From NCBI GenBank assembly GCA_965203175.1, contig OZ241867.1, positions 6,080,001 to 6,144,000 on the forward strand: a DNA stretch of 64,000 nt, in the 5' to 3' direction. Each line of letters opens with the position of its first letter. Positions within the stretch are counted from its first letter, which is position 1. A program made the translations under genes and the position numbers. This DNA is from Candidatus Latescibacterota bacterium (lineage in GTDB: Bacteria; Latescibacterota; UBA2968; UBA8231). Below the pieces are notes generated by a model that did not search any database, had not been told where the DNA came from, and saw only the letters and a list, made by a program, of their open reading frames with translations. Positions 58,121 to 64,000 of the stretch are shown one piece after another.

Positions 58121-59131
58121 ATGGAAGACACAGGTAGTACAGTGGCGGTGACCGGTGCTGCAGACTTTCTCGGTAGCCATATATGCCGCGCCTTGTTGCA
58201 GTGTGGATATGCAGTGCGCGCTGTTACGCGCGAGGGTAGCGATCGCAAACTTCCCGGTGATCTGGACGAGCAGGTCGAATTGCAGCCTGCCGATGTCCGC
58301 GATCCTGAGTCGTTAAACCAGGCATTCCAAAATGTTCACGCCGTCATACACAATGCCGCGATTGTGACGATTGACGAAGATCCCGCAGGTCTGGCCGATG
58401 AAGTCAACCTGACGGGCACCCGGAATGTGATTCAAGCATGTATTGGCAACGGAGTCCACAGATTGGTGTACATCGGTTCCATACACGCATTCAGCCCGAT
58501 ACGCGGGATGACGCTAAGTGTCAGTTCAAAACTGGGCCAAAATTCCCAAATCCCCTACGTGGCTACCAAAGCCGAAGCGCATATAAGCGTAATCGACGCG
58601 GCGAGTAGCAACGGGCTCAATGCCTCTATCGTCTGTCCTTCAGACCTCATAGGCCCCGGCGACAGTAAACCGACTCCCGTCGGCAGCATGTTGCTCGCCA
58701 TGGCGCGCAAGCAACTCCCGTGCCTCATCAACGGAGGATTTTGGTGGAGCGACGTGCGAGACGTGGCGAATGCCATAGCCAACGCGGTAGAGGCGAGAGG
58801 ATACGGGGGCGAGGTTTATTTCACTGCAGGGCAGTACGCAAAGACCAGCCAACTGGCGCGTCTGTGTTCCCAAGTTCTAGGGCGTAAAGTAAAGCGTCCC
58901 GTCGTGCCCTATTTTATGGCTCGGACAGCCTTGCCCCTGATTAAATCACATGCTGCGAAGCGCAGTCTATCGTCTCTTTACTCCCGCAATTCGCTCAAAC
59001 TCTTGCACGACTGTCCAGGGTCTGTTGATGAATCCTTAGCGATAAGTCAATTGGGATACAGGCCTCGGCCACTTGAAGAGTCGATTCGCGACGCCTTCAA
59101 TTGGTTCACAGAGCAGGGAATTCGTTTTTAA
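58121..59131 (+). CDS. NAD-dependent epimerase/dehydratase (DFR/HpnA-like extended SDR)
   Basis: VTGAADFLG, H.AA, VN..GT.NV, YVATK, DVRDVA, LGY.PRP. Confidence 0.8.
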   Translation: MEDTGSTVAVTGAADFLGSHICRALLQCGYAVRAVTREGSDRKLPGDLDEQVELQPADVRDPESLNQAFQNVHAVIHNAAIVTIDEDPAGLADEVNLTGTRNVIQACIGNGVHRLVYIGSIHAFSPIRGMTLSVSSKLGQNSQIPYVATKAEAHISVIDAASSNGLNASIVCPSDLIGPGDSKPTPVGSMLLAMARKQLPCLINGGFWWSDVRDVANAIANAVEARGYGGEVYFTAGQYAKTSQLARLCSQVLGRKVKRPVVPYFMARTALPLIKSHAAKRSLSSLYSRNSLKLLHDCPGSVDESLAISQLGYRPRPLEESIRDAFNWFTEQGIRF

Positions 59132-59156
59132 TCGGGAAATTTTGCACACGTATGGT

Positions 59157-60989
59157 TCATGGTCCCACTCGTCGCTCAATAATAGGTAAAACCACATGCG
59201 ACGGATGTTCGGGGTCGTGATAAATCGCCTGCTCTGCAATCTCAAACCGCCGCTCAACGCCCAAATCGCCGCCCGTATTCGGATTCACGTCAAAGCGCGG
59301 CCAGTTGCTGCTGGAAATGTCCAAGCGAATCCGATGTCCCTTCTTGAAGACATTGGATGTTGGATACAGTTGAAAGACGAACTCGTAGATCTCCCCCGGT
59401 TCCAATAACTCTGGAGCATCCCAACTGTTCCGATAGCGGGCGCGGATGATGGAATCCGTCAGGTTGATCGCGAGCCCATCGGGATAGTCTTCGCTCAATG
59501 GACAAACGTCGATCAATTTGGCTGTGAAGTCCGTATCGCGGGCCGATGATGAGGCGTGCAGTTTAACCGTAATGGGTCCCGTGACTTCCACATCCCCCTC
59601 TAACGGATCGGTCTGAAAGGTCAGCACATCGCTGCGGGCATTGAGGGGCAGGGTGTCTTTGCAGCCAAAGAACCTAGCGTCCCCTCGCTGATCAAACGCG
59701 CCAGCACCCATGATGGGGTCCGCCGCGGAAATGCCCCCGCCAATGGTTGGAACGGGGTCGCGCGGATCAAAACTAAAGCGGCTTGGCAAGTGGCCAGTCG
59801 TTGGCAGCGCGGTGGATAGCTCGCCGGCGGCGTGCAGATAGTACGGCGTGAACTGGGTGTCGGGCAGGGGGAAATCCTGCTCATCGCGCCAATAGCCGCC
59901 GTGATGGAGGCGTCCCTGATAGTTAGCTGTTCCCTCGCCCGTGCCCATCGCGAAAATCTTGACCGGCGACCAATCGGCAACTTCTGTGTGCAGCCCTTTG
60001 AGGAAGTGGTCGAACCACGCCAGCCGCAGGTCGTTGTAATTAATAAAGGAGTGATTGCCGAAATCGACGTCGCCGGCATTCGACACACCCCAGCCACCGT
60101 GCGTCCACGGCCCCATCAGCAACACCTGCCGCGACTTTTTCATTTTGCTCAGCGCGGTAAAATTCTCACAAGTCGCCCGCGCATACGAGTCATACCATCC
60201 ACCTAGGTAAAGCGTCGGCACATCGGCGTGTTCTTCGTAATACTGGGAGATCGCATACCCGCGCTGCTTCCAGTAATCGTCGTATTCCCCGTGCGTAAAC
60301 AGATCGAGCACCCATTGCTCGTAATTCGGCAGCATCCGCAACGGCGAGGTACCTTTCTTGAGCGGAGCGCGCAATACCCATTCGTCCACATTGGCAAACG
60401 CCTTGTCAACTGCGGCTTTGAGGTTGACATCGGCAAGCGCTTCCTTGCTGGTAGTCGCCATGCGGAAGGCATAGATCATGAACCGTTGTTCAAGCGCGCC
60501 GTTTTGCCGCATTGAACAGTGGTAGTAATTCGACGCGCCAACAGCGACGATCATCGTCGTCAGGTGCGGCGGATTGAGCGTTGCCAGCGCCGACTGGTCA
60601 CTGCCGCAATACGACCCACCCATCGTGCCAACCTTCCCATCGCTCCACTCTTGCGCGGCGAGCCATTCCACCGTGTCGTAGCCATCGGGAGCTTCCTTGG
60701 CAAACGGATACCACTCGCCGGCGCTGGCAAAGCGGCCGCGCACATCCTGAATAGCGCAGACGTAACCGCGCCGAGCGTAGTACGCACCGTTCGTCACATT
60801 GCCCGCTGCCGCCTTGTCGTAGGGAGTGCGTTCCAAAATTACCGGGAATTTTCCCGCTGCCGGCTGATCTCTCAGCGCAGGCAAGTAGATGTCAGTGGCC
60901 AAGCAGACGCCATCGCGCATCGGAATCATCACATTGGATTGGCAGAGCGCGTCGTACTGCTGATGTGAACCTCGATATGATTCGGGCAT
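59157..60989 (-). CDS. CocE/NonD-family serine hydrolase
   Basis: MRDGV.LATD, RTPY, DVRGR, GGSYCG, GGWYD, GPWTH, SSSNWPRFD.NPN; ATG 60989 after GGAG. Confidence 0.93.
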   Translation of the reverse strand: MPESYRGSHQQYDALCQSNVMIPMRDGVCLATDIYLPALRDQPAAGKFPVILERTPYDKAAAGNVTNGAYYARRGYVCAIQDVRGRFASAGEWYPFAKEAPDGYDTVEWLAAQEWSDGKVGTMGGSYCGSDQSALATLNPPHLTTMIVAVGASNYYHCSMRQNGALEQRFMIYAFRMATTSKEALADVNLKAAVDKAFANVDEWVLRAPLKKGTSPLRMLPNYEQWVLDLFTHGEYDDYWKQRGYAISQYYEEHADVPTLYLGGWYDSYARATCENFTALSKMKKSRQVLLMGPWTHGGWGVSNAGDVDFGNHSFINYNDLRLAWFDHFLKGLHTEVADWSPVKIFAMGTGEGTANYQGRLHHGGYWRDEQDFPLPDTQFTPYYLHAAGELSTALPTTGHLPSRFSFDPRDPVPTIGGGISAADPIMGAGAFDQRGDARFFGCKDTLPLNARSDVLTFQTDPLEGDVEVTGPITVKLHASSSARDTDFTAKLIDVCPLSEDYPDGLAINLTDSIIRARYRNSWDAPELLEPGEIYEFVFQLYPTSNVFKKGHRIRLDISSSNWPRFDVNPNTGGDLGVERRFEIAEQAIYHDPEHPSHVVLPIIERRVGP

Positions 60990-61053
60990 AAGTTGTCTCC
61001 TCAGAAGCCGTCTTAAAGCCTGCGAGTGCGCGCTTTGGGTTGTACTAGGAACG

Positions 61054-62466
61054 CTAATCCGGCAGCGGGTCTTCGCCCGCATAGGGCTGGTCGCCCACTT
61101 TTACCTGCAGGCGGCGCAATTCCCCGCGCAATCGGCGCACTACATCGGCGTAGGCCGGGTCGCGGTACACATTGACCAGTTCGCACGGGTCTTTTTCCAG
61201 ATCGAACAATTCCCACTCCGGCTCTTTGCTCTCGTCTATGGCACCGGGCTGGCCTAGGGCGTCGGCATAGTAGTAGATGAGCTTGTAGCGCAAAGTGCGG
61301 ACTCCGTAGTGGGCGTACACGTGATGGTGCGTCAAGTGCATCCAGTAGCGGTAGTACATCGCCGTCTGCCAGTCGTCCGGGGTCCGTCCCTCCAGCACGG
61401 GGCGCATGGAGCGGCCCTGGAACGAGTCGGGAATGGCGACGCCAGCGTAGTCGAGGAAGGTGGGGGCAAAGTCGACGTTGAGAATCATGTCGGTGCTGAC
61501 ACTGCCTGCGGCAATGGCGCGGGGATAGCGGATGAGGAAGGGCATGCGCAGCGATTCCTCGTACATGAAGCGCTTGTCGTACCAGCCGTGGTCGCCGAGG
61601 AAAAAGCCCTGATCCGAGGTATAGACGACAATGGTGTCGTCGGCAATGCCCTCGGCGTCGAGATAGTCGAGCACGCGACCGACATTGTCATCAACCGAGG
61701 CAACGCAGCGCAGATAGTCCTTTATGTAGCGCTGGTACTTCCACCTTTTCTCCTCTTCCAGGGTCAGCCCTTCGGGTACGGGCTGCTTGAGATCCGTGGC
61801 ATTGAGGTCGCGGTCAACTCGCATTTTGGCGGCGGCCGCAGCGGCCGCCCGATTCTGGTAGTCGTCGTCAAAGGTCTCCGGCTCGGGGATATCCTCGTCT
61901 TCGTACAGATGAGCGTGTTTTTCGTCCGGCTCCCAAGGACGGTGCGGGGCCTTGTGGTGGTACATCAGGCAAAAGGGCCGCTCCTTGTCGCGCGCCTGGA
62001 GCCAGTCGAGCGACAGGTCGGTGATAATGTCGGTGGTGTAGCCCTGGTATTGGACCTTGTCGCCGTTGCACACCATTTCCGGGTCGAAATAAGGGCCTTG
62101 GCCCTGGAGGATGTTGTAGTAGTCAAAGCCGGTGGGCCAGTGAGCCGGCCCCTGGCCTAGATGCCATTTGCCGACGATGGCGGTCTGATAGCCGACGCCC
62201 TGCAAGAGCTTGGCGAAGTTGAGCTGGCGGTTGTCGTGGCGCGAGTTCAAGGTAGTCATGCCGTTGACGTGATTGTACGTGCCCGTGAGGATGGTGGCGC
62301 GGGAGGGGCCGCAAATCGAATTGGTGCAAAAGCAGTTGTCAAAGCGCATGCCGCCTTGGGCAATGCGGTCGAGGTTGGGCGTTCTATTGATGCGGCTGCC
62401 GTAGCAACTCATGGCGTGAGCCGCGTGGTCGTCGGTCATAATGAAGAGGATGTTGGGGCGAGACAT
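61054..62466 (-). CDS. Cys-type sulfatase (S1 family; GlcNAc-6-sulfatase-like)
   Basis: PNILFIMTDDH, CGPSRA, GKWHL, HKAPH, TSDQG, DKRFMYEES; ATG 62466 after AAGGAG. Confidence 0.93.
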   Translation of the reverse strand: MSRPNILFIMTDDHAAHAMSCYGSRINRTPNLDRIAQGGMRFDNCFCTNSICGPSRATILTGTYNHVNGMTTLNSRHDNRQLNFAKLLQGVGYQTAIVGKWHLGQGPAHWPTGFDYYNILQGQGPYFDPEMVCNGDKVQYQGYTTDIITDLSLDWLQARDKERPFCLMYHHKAPHRPWEPDEKHAHLYEDEDIPEPETFDDDYQNRAAAAAAAKMRVDRDLNATDLKQPVPEGLTLEEEKRWKYQRYIKDYLRCVASVDDNVGRVLDYLDAEGIADDTIVVYTSDQGFFLGDHGWYDKRFMYEESLRMPFLIRYPRAIAAGSVSTDMILNVDFAPTFLDYAGVAIPDSFQGRSMRPVLEGRTPDDWQTAMYYRYWMHLTHHHVYAHYGVRTLRYKLIYYYADALGQPGAIDESKEPEWELFDLEKDPCELVNVYRDPAYADVVRRLRGELRRLQVKVGDQPYAGEDPLPD

Positions 62467-62485
62467 GGAACTCCTTGCGAAAAGA

Positions 62486-64000
62486 TTAGTAGATGACAGC
62501 GACTGGGCGCACAGCCACGTCCTCGCCGGCAGCAGCACCGAGATCAATGTAACAGAGGTAAAGTCCCGGAGGCACTAACACCCCTTGGGCATCGCGCCCA
62601 GACCACGTATAGGAGACGACATCCTCGCCGGCAGCGACCAACTCGGTCACCTCGCGGCCCGCCAAGTCGAGCACCCGCACCCGAGGGGTCGCCGTCTCTA
62701 CCTTGAAGACCACGAAGCGGATATGCACTTGGTCGTTGACCCCGTCGCCGTTGGGCGTAAAGGTCGCCGGAGCCAGTTCTAGATCGCCGATGAGTTGTTC
62801 GCTTCCGGTCAGGTCCGGCAGGAGCACCACGTTGGCGCGTCGCGCCGCGGCCTCCACGGACTGCCAAAGGCCCGGCCGGTCTCCATGACCAAGCTCCGCA
62901 CTGAAGACCGTAGCATTGCGCCACAGACGCGCAGTGAAATGAACCGCTAGCGAATCGCCGCCGACGCGCTGGCCCAGGTTCACGAATAAGGAGTCGCCCC
63001 GCTGCGCGACCTCCTCTAGAGCGATAGTCTCGCCAGCAAGGGTCACTTCCACCGCTCCAGTCTCCAGCCAGCCGCCGGGAGCGACGAGCCGCAGCCGGTC
63101 GAAGCCGCTGTCGTCTTCGGCAGCCGTCGGCCACAGCATATAGGTAAAGCGCGTGTCCTCGTTGGGCTGGGCCTCGCGCGGCCAAATCTCACCCTTGGCC
63201 TCGGTCACCAAGGCGTCCTCAAATTCGATCGCTAGCGAGCGCAACACAGGCGCGACTCGCGGATCCTCGGTCGAGAGCAGGGCCTCTAGCTGGATGAAGC
63301 GGCGCGGGCTATCCGACTGGAAAGCTTCGCCCGAAAGCTGATAGACATTGCTCCACGCGCCCCAATCATCGCCGACGACCAGCGCGGTATCTACCTGGCC
63401 GCGCAGCACCTTGGGCAAACTGAGCCACTTCTCTTCAGTGACTACTTCGCCGATCTTGTTGTGATACGCGTATTCCTCGCTGAGCTTCACGCCCGAACGG
63501 GAGCGAAGTTGCATCCGCGTTCCCACTGGCAAATCCGCATCCCACGACAGGTGCTTGATGGCCTTGGCACGGCCGTCGCCGACAATTTGGCCCAAGTCGA
63601 TAAAGCCCGAGCGCAGTACCACTTGCGCTGGGTAGCCGGGCGAAAACAGCATCAGTTCTGCCGCACGCGCGTGCCACTCATGCGAGGTCAGGAAGCCGTG
63701 CCAGAACAGGTAGCGCACTTTGCGCGGCTTGAACAGGTAGCGATAGTGCCGCTCAGGACCGGCGAAGGGATTTTGCTCGTTGCCGTGGCCCACCAAGCGA
63801 TCGTAGTCCACCTCGCCCGAGGTCGTGCGCCGACCGTCCGAGACTAAGAAGGCGAATCCCGTGCCTCCGTTGCGCACTGAAGAACCGGAAGCCCCCTCGC
63901 CCTGGTTGTTGAAGTAGAGGAATATCTCGTCAATCCAGAACTGGGCCCCTAGATCCAGTTCCCACCACAGCCCTTCGTTGCGCCAGCCAGAGGTAGCTCG
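62486..64000 (-). CDS. Large exported FlgD-Ig/CHU_C-like C-terminal-domain protein (paralog 4; 5' end beyond window)
   Basis: Frame open to 64000 (WWELDLGAQFWID); RSRSG, WGAWS, SPRRF, EIWP, GFDRL, FTPNGDGVND, PGLY, ends VAVIY. Confidence 0.75.
   Translation of the reverse strand, partial: RATSGWRNEGLWWELDLGAQFWIDEIFLYFNNQGEGASGSSVRNGGTGFAFLVSDGRRTTSGEVDYDRLVGHGNEQNPFAGPERHYRYLFKPRKVRYLFWHGFLTSHEWHARAAELMLFSPGYPAQVVLRSGFIDLGQIVGDGRAKAIKHLSWDADLPVGTRMQLRSRSGVKLSEEYAYHNKIGEVVTEEKWLSLPKVLRGQVDTALVVGDDWGAWSNVYQLSGEAFQSDSPRRFIQLEALLSTEDPRVAPVLRSLAIEFEDALVTEAKGEIWPREAQPNEDTRFTYMLWPTAAEDDSGFDRLRLVAPGGWLETGAVEVTLAGETIALEEVAQRGDSLFVNLGQRVGGDSLAVHFTARLWRNATVFSAELGHGDRPGLWQSVEAAARRANVVLLPDLTGSEQLIGDLELAPATFTPNGDGVNDQVHIRFVVFKVETATPRVRVLDLAGREVTELVAAGEDVVSYTWSGRDAQGVLVPPGLYLCYIDLGAAAGEDVAVRPVAVIY

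Overview
GC-rich bacterial chromosomal segment. The gene content (FlgD-Ig-tailed exported proteins, CRTAC1/ASPIC-UnbV proteins, DUF6785, several PhyH dioxygenases, a sulfatase) suggests an FCB-group candidate phylum such as Latescibacterota; this is an inference. (1) 1-31 kb: a variant glnS followed by a cell-surface locus. It holds three of four paralogous large exported proteins ending in a PNxFTPNxDGxND / FlgD-Ig C-terminal domain (the fourth is at the window end), two TMTC-like and one ArnT/PMT-like GT-C glycosyltransferases with TPRs, two CRTAC1 beta-propellers, an SGNH-TPR protein, a SurA-like PPIase, a CBM9-like protein with a TWGxIK tail and a probable outer-membrane protein. This is the best candidate for an undescribed secretion, folding and glycosylation system. 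(2) 31-40 kb: DUF4175, TPR, GATase-like, PhyH-HEAT, MoxR and DUF58 genes. (3) 40-48.6 kb: suf operon (sufB with a LAGLIDADG intein, sufC, D, S, U, T, rrf2) interrupted by an AT-rich insert. (4) 48.6-64 kb: catabolic genes. Two AT-rich HEPN-like orphan genes each sit directly behind a decayed 3' tail of a DNA-methyltransferase-like gene. No rRNA, tRNA or CRISPR array was seen. All family assignments come from motif recognition by eye; no database searches were run.
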